Positions 1 to 12,731 of a stretch of DNA of 62,401 bases are shown piece by piece. Numbering within the stretch: position 1 is the stretch's first letter; each line of letters starts with the position of its first letter. A program made the position numbers and the translations under genes. The stretch is taken from positions 1,048,217 to 1,110,617 of the forward strand of contig CAJFCJ010000014.1 in NCBI GenBank assembly GCA_904063045.1. The letters run 5' to 3'. The stretch is from Dimorphilus gyrociliatus (taxonomy: Eukaryota > Animalia > Annelida). The notes under the pieces are model-generated. The model was not told the DNA's origin. It saw only the letters and a list, made by a program, of their open reading frames with translations, and searched no databases.

Positions 1-59
1 AAATCGTTCTGCCATGTTAATTACAACATATCAACTATCCTTTATCTTTTCATTTACTT

Positions 60-70
60 GTCTCTATTTT

Positions 71-105
<35 letters not shown>

Positions 106-132
106 ATCTCTCTCTCTCTATCTATCTATCTA
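60..132. repeat. Compound microsatellite (CTTT)n/(CT)n/(CTAT)n
   Basis: Tandem ctttctttc..., ctctct and ctatctat runs read directly. Similar purine/pyrimidine tracts at about 590-720 explain the spurious ORFs there. Confidence 0.85.
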
Positions 133-1760
133 GCAATCTATTCCTCTTTTCATTTTACTAGCCCCGCCAAAATTAGGCCTATACAGAAACAATAGCGTTC
201 GTTGTTGTTCTCTTGTACTCTCTCTCTCTATCTATACTATTTTTTTTGCTCCGTATACTCTTAGCTCTTAAAAATAGAAAAAAGAGAACAAAGGGACGGC
301 TGTTGCAAACGTTTTACGAAAATTGGCTTTAGTAAATTGGTAGAGAGAGAGAATCAAGAGGAAAAGTTTAGTACTAGCTAACACTTACCCTTAAATCAGT
401 CAATCGATCAGTTCCATCACCCATTAAAATTCTAACAACCTGCTTTCGTAAACGTAGAACCAAACGCCTGCAGTTTTCGCACCATATACTTTCAGTATCC
501 TCTCTCTTCATAGTATCCTATAATAATTTACTTTTCTTCATAAATATTATATATCCAATTTCGTAATATCGAAAAGAGATATAGAAGATGTAGCATATGA
601 ATAAAGAAAGAAAGTAAAAAGAGAGAGAAAGATAGAAAGAAAGAAAGAATGAAAGAAAGAGGGAAAGACAGGCAGACAGACAGACATAGACATATAGATA
701 GGCAGATGAAGGGAGAGCCTGTTTCTTTTCCTATATACTTTTTGTATTTATTTATATTTTCATAAAACGTTCTAACAGACTGCTCCTTTCGATGTGACAT
801 AGGTTTGATAAGGCGGTTCAGTTGAAGATATAATCATAATATTAATAAAAAAAAGAGAATTTGTTTGCACAGACCCTAAAATCTTCGTGCAAATAGGACC
901 TTTTCTCTCATCTTCGCCCGCTTATATAGATATATTTTATACCCTTCTTTTCGTGTCTCCTTACACTTCTTTTTTCTATCTTTATCTATTCATATACAGT
1001 ATATATCTAGCTCTCTATCTATCTATTCTTTACGTCTTTAATTCTTTCTCCATTTGCGCGATTCTCTCCCGTTGTCTAAGTTTATTTCGCTTTCATTCTT
1101 TATTTGGTCAAAATAATTTACTTTATAAGAAAAAAAAGAGGAAGAGAAATAGGAAAGGCAGAGAGGAAAAACATTCTGTATATAAATATATATATAGTAT
1201 ATCGTATATATATACAGTATATATAATATATATATATATATATATACATATAACATATAAGAAAAAAACCTTAACCGTATATAATATTAAATAGACGGCC
1301 GGAGGAACGCCTGGTCCGTAAATAGCGATATCGGCCTGAAGAGAAATTAGGCCTACAGGCCGACGGATCTCATTTAATGACTTTGACCAGAAAAACAGTC
1401 TCTATAGAAAATATTTACGATCGACTCTAGATTATACTCAACGTTCAATGATTTATGATTGGTTTCGATAACATAATTTACAATTATTATACACCTGGAT
1501 AGCACGCGTAGGATTTTTTTCTGTATTGTTATCTTTCTTTTATTATCATTATTATCAAATTTAAATGGAAATATTTTATTGTTCTACATTTTCTTCTCTA
1601 TCTACGATTTCATCACCTTCTTTTGCTTTTTTCATATTTTATATATATTAGTATATATATATATATATAAGTATATAAAGAAAAAATAAGACAAGGGAGA
1701 AAAGGAGAGGAAGAAGAGAAGATTACGGTTCATCTTTCCTCTTGTTGCTCTGATATTAAT

Positions 1761-2176
1761 TTATAACACCTTTTGGTCAAATTGCGCTCTTTTAGCGAAT
1801 TCCATTTGGAAACAGGAGCGGTGAGATTGACTTAAAAGATAATCTTGGCGAAAGAAGTGCTTTAAGTGTAGATAAAGTATAGCTTTACAGCGGGCTCTCG
1901 CTCTTTCGGAGTTCTAACAAGACTTTTAAATATAGATAAACGAGCCGCATTGATTGGAAAAGAAAGGAAGGAGAAAGCATAATGCCAATATATCTATATG
2001 CGAACAATATTTAAAACATGTTAATTGATAATACTTACATTAGAGCAACTATCGTGACTGCAATTATCATAGGTACAAGGTACTTGATCGTTCTTAATCC
2101 TCTTTTCCAACCTTTCCAAATCGGAGACGAGTTCGTCAAGCAGTTCTATCTGCTCATCCAAACAATGCTTCTCCAT
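1761..2176 (-). CDS. Putative small two-exon gene, coiled-coil-like N-terminus, unknown function
   Basis: ATG at 2176 gives MEKHCLDEQIELLDELVSDLERLEKRIK...CSN, then a GTAAGT donor at 2038 (phase 0). Acceptor ttgttag opens exon 1913-1761 with an open 50-codon frame. A TATA-like ctataaag (minus, about 2292-2299) and TCACGTGA (2303-2310) lie upstream. No homology recognised. Confidence 0.3.
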
Positions 2177-3884
2177 ATCTCTAACAATTAATTGTTTGCT
2201 TACAAGTTTTTTATCAGATATCGGTCGCACGACATCTCGTCCTGCCGAGCTTTATCTCGGAGAAGAGTTCTTTAGTATAAAATCGCGGCGCTTTATAGAT
2301 TATCACGTGATCTCTCCACCCTCTCTCGCGCGCCCAATTGCCTTTTTAAAAAAAAATTATTCCACTAGCCGATTCCCTAAGCATTTTTTATGCGTTTCGA
2401 CAAGTTTTATCGTAGGGTAATAAAAACGTATAGATTTGAAAGGGGGCGGTCCGTTGACGTTAATCTATACAGTAAGCTTTAGATCTATCTTTGATAAAAA
2501 TAATTTAGCTAATCTATACGATAATTGTAAATTATATAACAAAGTTCATTTCTTTGAGTTCCTGAAAAAGAAAAAAAAACCAAACATAAGGCCTATTTTA
2601 TAACTTGAATCCTTTTTAAATTTAGATATTTTTGTCAAAGAAAGAAAGTTATTTGTTCCTTTTGTTAAAAGATGATTTAAAGAGAAAAGAAGAAAAAAAG
2701 AGGGGCAGGGAAAAAAGTTAAAAGAAAGATTTTCTCTTTTTATTTCTTTCTTCCTTTCTTTCTCTCTCGTTCTTTTTTTTTAAAGAAAAACAAATATTTT
2801 AGATTGTTTAACACCGTAGATTTCAAATATTTTTTCAACTTGAACGCAAATATTTAATGACGCGACAAAGAAACTCGACGTCGCTCAAATAATTAGGGAC
2901 TACGTATACTATACAATATATAGATATATATATATTTATATATATATACTGTATATATATATGTTTAGACCTATATCAAATGAGACATAAAAAAAGATAT
3001 ATAGATATAAATATATAGATCTATTTAACCAAATATTTTTTCAATTTTCCTCATTTTTACGCAATCTTTATTTAAATTGAATAGAAAATATAGTAATATA
3101 TATTTTTTACATTATAGACGACAATCTAATCATTATTTTCATTTGAAAACGTGTGTATAAAGATTTTTATCTGCTTGAAAAAGCCTGTCATTATTCAACT
3201 AGTTGCAACAACTGTTTTGCTATTCACAGGGCCAATTTTATAAAAATATATTGCTTATTCCCGTCAATGAAGTCACCTTTTTAAAGTCAACGCTATTCAA
3301 CTTATGCACTAGATGTCACTAGTGTATTGAAGTCTTTCGGGCATATCAATCGGTGTTTCTTTAAAAAGTAAAACGCTTCGTTAAGTGTATTTAACACGTT
3401 ATTTGCTGTATAAGAGAGCAAAAGATCTACTGTGATATTAAGCTAACGAAAAAATTAAGTTGTACAAGCCCTTCGAATGTAAACGCATGAATGTTTAATC
3501 ACAAAATAGAAGCGTTTACTAATCAAGATAAAATGCTTGTTTTTCCAAACTCTAACTAACTAGAACCATGGAAAGAAACAATAATACAGCACGACATTAA
3601 TAACGAAGTTATATGCAAATAACAATCACTGGGAAATTAATGTCTGGCGGTTGACGAAGGAAAAATGGGAAAAAAAAGGCCTGCGCGCAGCCGGATATGG
3701 CATTTACACATACATAAAGACGAACTTTTGGTAACACAATTTCAACTGAGAGCGTTACTGTGGAAAATTTTCTAAGGTTCGTAGCTGAGCAGCTGCATGA
3801 CAGAATGGCATATGAATTTCATGTTTTCTCTTTTTTTTTTTTATTAGTTGAGTATATTATTCTTTCGGGCGCCAGAAGAGATCA

Positions 3885-5077
3885 TTATTTTGACCGTAGC
3901 CGTTTACGGGAAGGTCCTGCGTTAAAGTTCTCACCATCAGAGGAAGAATCAGTTGCAGTTGCGCCAGCGGATGATTCTGGGCTTGCTGCGTCGCTAGGTA
4001 TTATTCCACGCGACCTTTCTAGTTTTCGAACTGTAGTATACAAAGAAACCAATTAGTAAAGTAGAATGTGATAATTAAGTATTTCGGTTTACTTTGTGAA
4101 TCTAACAACGTATTTTGCCGGCGTACGTCGTCAATATCACTTTGATGCTTGTCATTCCTCTTAGCCACGTAAATAATATACTCGGTTGCACGCTTTAATA
4201 TTTGCGCACGGCTGGCCTAGATTTGAATAAGAATATGATAATGCAAAGCAACTTAGTTTTCGATTAATAGTAACAATAAAATTTAAAAAGTAAACAGCAA
4301 TGATACTAAATTTGCATATTAATTGGTAAAAAGTATTTGCTACTTAGAGAAATACGGACCTTCTCGCCCCGGAGGCTAGGTATAGCGTCGCGAAGTCCAG
4401 TAAAAGATTCTTTTATATGATCACGCCTCTTTCTTTCCAATGCGTTGTGATGAGCTCGTTTCTGAGCCTGAATATGAAATAGATAAAATTAACAATGACC
4501 TTGTAAAAAGTAATAAAATCCCTTATAACTTATTTGTCGTCGTGCTCAATTATCTCCCTTATCGGAAATGACACAGTTTCAAACAATAACAACTTTTTTT
4601 GATCAATGTAATAAAAAATAAAATATTATTACTAAATCTAGCTTTTAGAAGAATTCTGACAACCACGTGTATATTTATTAATATATGGATGTATATAAGT
4701 ATATATAAAAAGATAAATATATTTATGTACAATGAATTATAGAATACGTAAATCAGTAAATTTCACGCGTAGTAATCCTAACATGCTGACATCAGGAGTG
4801 ATCAGCTGTGATCATAATATTCCAAAACAATCTTACGTCATAAAAAAAGACCTATAGGACCTATACATTTATATTTTCAGTAAGACAAACTTATATATAA
4901 AAGCTATTCGAAATAAATACTGAATAATACTCGAACCTGTGTTTGATAGTGCGAATTTGGATAGCTACTGATTTCGTCTTCCTGTGTATAAAATTTATTT
5001 AAAATAACAAAATCGCTTATTTTATGCCCTCTTACGTCGCTTTCTACATCAATATCGCGGTCCTCATCGCTCATCAT
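3885..5077 (-). CDS. MAX: MYC-associated factor X (bHLH-Zip), 5 coding exons
   Basis: Exons 5077-5036, 4981-4937, 4467-4360, 4216-4093 and 4030-3885, all GT-AG, join to [111 protein letters not shown]...PSRKRLRSK*. This matches the MAX basic region, HLH, zipper and C-terminal NLS. Confidence 0.96.
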
Positions 5078-7938
5078 GGCACAATTGTCGCTTAGAAGAA
5101 GTGTTTTTCGTACGATGAAAATGAACAAAATGGCGACAATAAAATGTTGTGAGAAAGGGTATTACTAAAACTTCGAAGTAGTGTCTTTAAATATTGAACA
5201 CTCAATACTAAGGAAAAATATATAATTTTATACTTAATAATATTTAAATAAATGGGAAGAAATGAAAATTACTTATAAGAAGATTTATGCTATTTTTAAT
5301 CTCAGAAGTTTCATACTATTAATAAATATAATTTTTTAACTTATGAGTCAATGAAGTATCAGTAAACATTTTTCTATATTTCTAGATGAATATAAAAATA
5401 TCTTTACTCATTTTCTTAATTAGGAAAATCTAAATTTTAACATATTATTTAATCTTAAAAACATGCAATGTTGAATGAAAACATCTGCTGTTTTCGGCGT
5501 GTGGAGTTTAGTATGTCCGATTTATTTACACGTGGTCAGAGTACTATGCAATAGTTTCGTGAATTAAGATATATTTTACTTTAAATACAAAAAATTAATA
5601 AAAATTAATTTATATTTAAGTATTTTTATCAAAAAAAGTTTTTTAGATTTATTTTTATTAGCTAGTTCAGCTTACATGCTGGGAACTATTTTTTAAAGTG
5701 AATATGATGTAAACAAAGACGTTGCTCTACAATACGATTTTACAGTTACTGGTAACCGAGTAGTGTGCTCTAATCTGAGAATCGGTTTTCCGAAGTTATA
5801 TTATTCCTGCAGAGTTTGTACTAGATAATGTACTAAACCTTTATGTTTGAAAGATAGTCGTCGGCTTCAAAAGAAAAGTTTATATGTTTTGATATCTATG
5901 ACTCTTCAATCAATGAGTGACTTTCTCTGAATTCAAAAACTTGAACTGAGCGATAAAGTAAACATGTAAGTTATCGGAACATGTAATTTTTAAGATTTAT
6001 TTTAAATGTCAAAATGGCGATCTGATCATCAGCGTTAAAGCTTTCATATAGAAAGTGATTATAAGTATGAACTTTACTAAAAAATTTCTGTTGAAGCATT
6101 TGTTCTATATATGAAAAAAAACCCCCCGGTTTGAGATCAATAGTTAATGTCAATAAAATGAGTTCACTCTTCTTGAATATCTTACAAAGATTATTGATCT
6201 TGTCCGTTAACCAAAATAAGCATATACAACATATCTTCAGTCCTAGTAAAATTGTCGATCCGTATAGACCTGCCACCAAATATAAATCTCATAGACAGAA
6301 AATAATTCACTTCAGAAATTTTTGTTAACAGACGGACATTTCATTGATTATCGTTTACAATGTTTAAACAGAATGTAAATGGCTTAGAATGTAAAAATCT
6401 TTAACTTACAGTTGAATTAGTCGTCCAGATGCGCTACCAATGAATTGTATTCTTTTTTGCTATCCATTTTCATTCTTTCTGCTACTCATGAACATTTTTT
6501 CTGATTTTCCAATATTTCAAAAGCCCTACTTTCCAACATATAAGTAAATTGTCATCTGGGTAAATAATCTTTCCTGTTTCATTAACAATTTATCGTGTAG
6601 ATTTTAACGTAACATATATAATCTCTAAAACTTTCAGATCGATTTGTATAATCAATAAATGATGAAAATCAATTAGGAGTTAAGTAAAAACAGTATACAA
6701 AATTTGATTGTATTGATGTTTAATAAATTAGATGTTTAATTAGATTAATCAGCATGAAAGTTTGTATGATCAGTCTTTACTAAACACTTACTATTAATTA
6801 AATATTCATGTAATTATCTCAATATAATTAATTGGAGTATATATAGGTCTATATACACTGTTTAAATAAATTGAGTAGGTAATATTTTAGAAAATTGCAG
6901 TAGTAGGTTTCCAAGGTAAGAGAATCTCTTCCATTTATGAATAATTAATCATACTCTACGACATCAAAAATATTAGATTTCTTAGTATTTTGGGATTTAA
7001 GGTTGTTTGTTTACTAGTTTCCTTACAACCAGCTTTGTATAAATAGATCTACATGTACATTTAATATTTACTGCTTATTTATATTTATATTGAATTAAGA
7101 CACAGTTATATATATACATTTGTATGTTTATACAGTATATATGTCGTGTAACAACAAAGAATAGAATACTAATTAAAAACGTAATTTACCGTGGATTAAA
7201 AAGGCTTTTTTATATTTGATAAATGGTATAAACGATGAATAATTTAAATTGTATTATCTCTTTCTCTTCACGGTTTGGTTGAGAAAAGAATACAAAAAAA
7301 TCTTTATTATATTACGAAATATCCCATCTTTCTACTTTAATAGAAAAAGATAGATATCTTCTTGATATATGATTTATAATTGACATTTTTATTTGCTTGA
7401 AGGTTGTATTTCTATATGCTTTTTTTTTACAAACAAAAGTCAGTTTTTATCTATAATTAAAATGGGAACATTCTTACAATTCTTTCATATTTTTATGCAA
7501 ATATTTTCCGTAAATTCTTATTTCCTGACGTTAATTTAATTAGTTTTGTTGTTTTATCTTATTCAATGAAGTTTTTGAAAGATTAGTTATTATATTTGTT
7601 TGTATGTAACCATTCGTAAATTTTTGTACACTATCAGGTTCATTCTTTAAATCGTTGGAAATATATCTAAAGACCTGTCGATACTTTCGATAAATTATCT
7701 TTATGTCGTATCTTTTTGTTGTCGCACAACCTGTGCGCACACAGATATATATGTATAATGTTCCGTTACATAATATATATATATATACATATATATTAAA
7801 TATAATAAGTAATCTATATATATATGGAGAAATGTTATATTTTATTTTTTCCCTCAACTTCTCATTTCCGATCTATCTGTTGGAAAAAAAAAACCTATCG
7901 AATTTTTTTTCGTTGTGAGGCGCCTCTCTCGCTTCGGT

Positions 7939-8045
7939 ATGAGAAACGCCTGGACGCCATTTCAGTCTGCGGAACGCTGCACCGCATATCCGTTCGCCTT
8001 TCCAATGCAGTTTGAACTAGGTGGACAAGGTCGTGCGGATTGCGG
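7939..8045 (+). other. Candidate upstream (first) exon of FUT8
   Basis: GC-richer island with a YY1-like GCCATTT and a strong GTAAGT donor at 8046. The FUT8 ATG at 9513 is preceded by an acceptor (ttttttttcag, exon starts 9503), so an upstream exon must exist. Confidence 0.5.
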
Positions 8046-9512
8046 GTAAGTTTCAATAAACTATTTTTGAACTCTTCAGATTCTTTCTTAGAGGATATTA
8101 CACATTTCTTTCTGCTAGTTGGTGGTTTGTTTGTTCTCATGTAACTTTTAATTAATCATTCTTAATATGTTTTACTTAACTTCTGATGAAGTATAACTCG
8201 GGAAATGGTACCTGAAAAATGGGTAACATTGTAACAAATGACGCCCGCGAGGCGTTGGAACGGCTGAGTAAATGCTCGTTTGCAGAGTTTTCATCCGTCG
8301 TTCATCCATAGGGAAATACGAGTTTTTTTTTCTGATATGTATAATAGGCGTAAGCTGAAAATAGTTCAGGAGAAGAATATAAAGTAGGTAAATTAGGTGA
8401 ACTTACGGGGCTTAGGATGAAAAAAGAAATCAGTTGTAAGCGTGAATTTTTAGCTGTATATTCGATCCGAGGCTATTACGAGGAGTAGCCCACATATACT
8501 GCTGTAGGGCTCTGTATAACGCTAACGATTTGTATTTTTCCCGACATGCGGATCTTATAATAAAGAGAATGAAAGAAAAAAGTGAGGCTTAGAAACCGGT
8601 AGCAAGCCTGTCAATTGTAATAAAGACGGACTAGGGTAAGCGTCTGCAGTGGGTTAGGTTAAAATTAAACGTTAAGACAAGCAAATCCACTTTTTCTTAT
8701 GAAGAAAAGCGTATCTAGCCTAAAAAACTAATCACTTTGTAACTCCCTAGCAACTCGGTAAGGCGTTACTCCAAGGTACAGGACGATGCTTACTAATGCA
8801 TGCCTTTTAAGTTTGTTTCAATCGTAAGTGTAAGAAAAGCGTTTACGTCAGACGTATTTGAGTTTTCCCTACTGTATACTCCATCTAATATCTACGTTAA
8901 ATTACTTTCCATCGTTGGAGAAATTGTTACAAAAGCAAAAAGCCATAAATCTGATTTTTTTTTATATTCTGCCTTTCTCTGTTTCCCCGTGATGTTTTGT
9001 TTTTTACGGACGTTGTCCAAAAAAAGTTTTCCGTAGATATATTAAAGAAAAAAAAAATACAATTCCCTCTTATTCTCTTGTTCGTGTTTCTCATTCTTGG
9101 ACTCTCTTTTCACACACATAGACACGTACGTCTACTCTCATTCTCATTCCTGCTTTTCTTTTTCTTTTATTTTGCCTCCATATAGCGAGGTAGTTTTATA
9201 CGATGACATTTTATTTTCCCTCGACGCATATCGATTTATATCTTGTCCTTTTAGAGAGTGGATATATTTTTTTTGTTTCCATAAAAATCAGTCAAATAAT
9301 TTATGTATTTTTGTAATTGCTCTAGTTTTTTCGGTGGAGGAAAAGGAGGGCTGTTGTGCATTACAGTATGTTTTAATACGTATAGACTCTTCTCTCTCTC
9401 TCTCTCTCCCTCTTATCTCTTCCGCTCTTCTTTTCTATCATTCTCTTGCTCTCTTTTATCCTTTTATCAATTTTATAATTATAATAATTATTTTTTTTTC
9501 AGTTGGAAAAAC

Positions 9513-12208
9513 ATGAAGAGCACGTGGAGGATAGTCACAGCTATACTAATATTTTGGCTTTTTATCCTCATCTATATGAGTGCCAACCTATATCAATCAA
9601 GCGACGTCACCGAAAATGCAGAGCGTCAATTAACTAGGGCTATGAAAGAATTAGACGATCTTAGGGAACAGAATAAGAAATTATATTCACTGGCAGAAGA
9701 GCTTCGGTATGTTCCATTTCTAATAACAAATCAAAAGTATTTTCAACAGTAAAGATGTAAAGAAGAAAACAGAGAGGAGTAAATTGGGTAGTTGATAACA
9801 ATCGTTTTTTTTTCGCTATTTCCTACAGGCATCTGAAAGAAATTGCCCAAAAGGGTGGAAAAAATTGCGAGGAGTTACAAAGTAGGCTAGACGACGCTAA
9901 TTCAAAACTTAAATCAGTAGGCGCAAAAGGTACTTTTGATAAAATATTCTAATTGTGAATAGAATATTCAATTGTATTCTTTGAATAGAAACGGAATCAG
10001 AGAAATTATCTCTTACTGACTTTTCTCCGAGTTCTGAAATGGAGAAATCTAGGCGAAAAATTGAGAATGGCGTTCAAGAAATGTGGTTTTTTCTTCGATC
10101 CCAGCTAGGAAAATTGAAAGAAAGCCTAGGAAAGGATTCGCCAATTAATCAGAAAGTTGATAAAATTTTAGAAAATGGAGCTGATCATAGCCGGTTCGTA
10201 GAAGATTATTCCCTTTTCTTTATAGGAAATTTATAAATTAAATTACCAGCTTTAATACTCTAAAGATAGCCTTTTTTCTCTTATTCTCTCTCGGCCTGCT
10301 TTGTGTATTTTATTATCGATTTCGGCTGGTAGTTAGAATTGACACAAAAGGGAGATTTTTAGTGAGATTAGAGTATTAAAGGAGGCGAGATAAAGAAATG
10401 TGTGAATAAGTAGGATATAATATGTGCTAGAGAACCAAGGCAAAACGTGTCGGCGTCTCTCATTAGTTATTGAACGACTCTCTTCGTTACTAATCAAGAC
10501 GAACGATATTTCTTCATCAGTTAGTCAGAAATTTTTTATTCTTTCTATAGAACAATACAAACTGATTTGCATCGACTTTATGAATCTGAACCAATGGCAA
10601 CTTGGAGAAAGAAGGAAGCAGAAGACTTATCCGATATCATTCAACGACGGCTTTTTTATTTACAAGTATGTTAATAAGATATTTCTTTCTCATTTATTCG
10701 CTAGTTTTTTATTTATATGCATATTTTTTAAATGTAATCATTTATCTCATTTTCTTTATTCATTCATCATAAAATAATAACGTTTGACCGCCTAAACAAT
10801 TCTTTTACTGTTTTATAAATTAAATAAAAAAACGAATAGTTTACGGCGGTAAATAAGAGATGCGCGTCGACGAGCTTTCAACTTTATTGGATTGTCGTAA
10901 TGCGTCCGAGTTTTCCCTAGACGGTTTTAAGCAAGACACTATATAATGTGACCTTTTCCAATTTTTTTTCGCAGAATCCGAGTGATTGTTCAGCGGCTAA
11001 AAAGCTTATTTGTAATATCAATAAAGGATGCGGATACGGTTGCCAATTGCATCATTTAGTATACTGCTTTATGATTGCTTTTGGTACTAAGAGGACACTA
11101 ATTTTGGAATCTCACGGCTGGAGATATTCGCCAGGTGGATGGGAGACAGTATTTCAGCCCATAAGCAGAACTTGTAAAAGTCCAGGCAGTGACATGAGAA
11201 GGATGTGGGGCCGTAAGTTGCTACTACATTATAACAATGATTACTTTCCTTTTCTTTCTTTGCATAATTAATAAAATTATATCTCTTTGGTTTTCAGCTC
11301 CTGAAGTCATTGAAAATGTCAAAGTTGTTGAATTGCCAATAGTCGATTCTCTACGACCAAGACCGCCATTTTTACCTCAGGTCGTACCTCTCGATTTAGC
11401 AGAACGTTTAGACCGTCTTCATGGCTCTCCTGGAGTTTGGTTTGTTGGACAATTCATGAAATATTTGCTCAAACCCAATTCGGATTTGCTTAAGGAAATA
11501 GAAAAGGCGGAAAATCGCCTCGATTTTAAGGGGCCTATAGTTGGAGTTCATGTGAGAAGAACTGATAAGATAGGAACTGAAGCTTCATTTCATAGTATAG
11601 AAGAATATATGTACCATGTCGAGGACTATTATAAATACTTGGAGAAGCAGAATAAGGATATAGGAAAAAAACGTATCTATCTAGCAACAGACGATCCGGA
11701 ATTATTGTCGGAAGCTACAATGAAGTATCCTAATTATGTTTTTGTTAGCGATGTGGATTTCTCTAAAACAGCTAGTATGGGAACTCGTTATTCCCATGCA
11801 TCTCTGATAGCCGTTATATTAGATATACATTTCCTCTCAAAATCTGACTTTCTTGTTTGTACATTTTCCTCACAAGTTTGTCGAGTAGCCTACGAAATTA
11901 TGCAGACTTTACACCCCGATGCATCTGCAAGATTCCGTTCATTAGATGATATCTATTACTATGGTGGCCAAAACGCTCATAATCAGGTTGCTATCGCCAA
12001 TCACCAGGCGCAGGACGGAGAAATCGAGTTAAGAGTAGGAGATACTATTGGTATAGCTGGTAACCATTGGGACGGATATTCGAAAGGCTTAAATCGTCGT
12101 TCTAGTCGAACAGGCCTCTACCCGTCTTACAAAGTTGCTGAAAAATTAGTTGTCGCTAAATTTCCTACATTGGGTGTTGAAAGCAGGAAAACTGTTGATA
12201 AACAGTAA
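9513..12208 (+). CDS. FUT8: Alpha-(1,6)-fucosyltransferase (GT23), type II membrane, C-terminal SH3 domain; about 6 coding exons
   Basis: [23 protein letters not shown] anchor and coiled-coil stem; [74 protein letters not shown] and GLYPSYKV match FUT8. Exons are about 9503-9706, 9830-9929, 9990-10192, 10551-10665, 10975-11212 and 11298-12208. Confidence 0.97.
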
Positions 12209-12731
12209 TCTTAAAAAATAATCTGATCTATTCTAAAATCCAAAGCTTTTTTGCATTTGCATCAAAACAAGAAACTTTTATATTTTATCTTATTTTGTTG
12301 ATTTTACTCCGATCGTTAAGTTTTTCGCTCTACTATGTATAATTCGAAGAAGAAGAAACAGTGGTGCTTTTTTTAGCTTTATGAACTAGAAAAAGGAGAC
12401 TGAAATAATAGTAAAGGTGTTTTTATGATCTCTATAAAATTAGTATATCAAGTAAAGAGAGGCATAATTTGCGCTCAGATCTTACTATCTTCCATTGTGG
12501 TTATCTCTACAATTCTCTGACTTGCTATTGGCTTTATTGGTGGAAAATATGAAGATATCTTATTTAAGAAGTAAACGTGACAATGGAGATCTATTAATGT
12601 TATGATTGCCTTATTTGCCTTATTTTGCGAAGTAATAATGTGCGAAAGAGTGTTTATACGCGTACCTACGTATTTATAAATGTCAGAGTGTCTTGTTAAT
12701 GCATGGAGGATAGATAAAATAAAATTTTTAT

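Noticed and set aside
528-1294. ORFs 528-800, 887-1294 and 1038-1256
   Set aside because: Translations of (GA)n/(TA)n low-complexity tracts with no protein-like motifs.
5747-5758. GTTACTGGTAAC X-box-like palindrome
   Set aside because: Not tied to an identifiable TSS or ciliary gene.
5640-6660. Protein-like fragments between MAX and FUT8 (e.g. ORF 5971-6279, QKRIQFIGSASGRLIQL); checked for CHURC1/GPX2 or a transposase relic
   Set aside because: Stops in every frame, no consistent splice model and no recognisable motif. It could be a decayed gene but cannot be supported.
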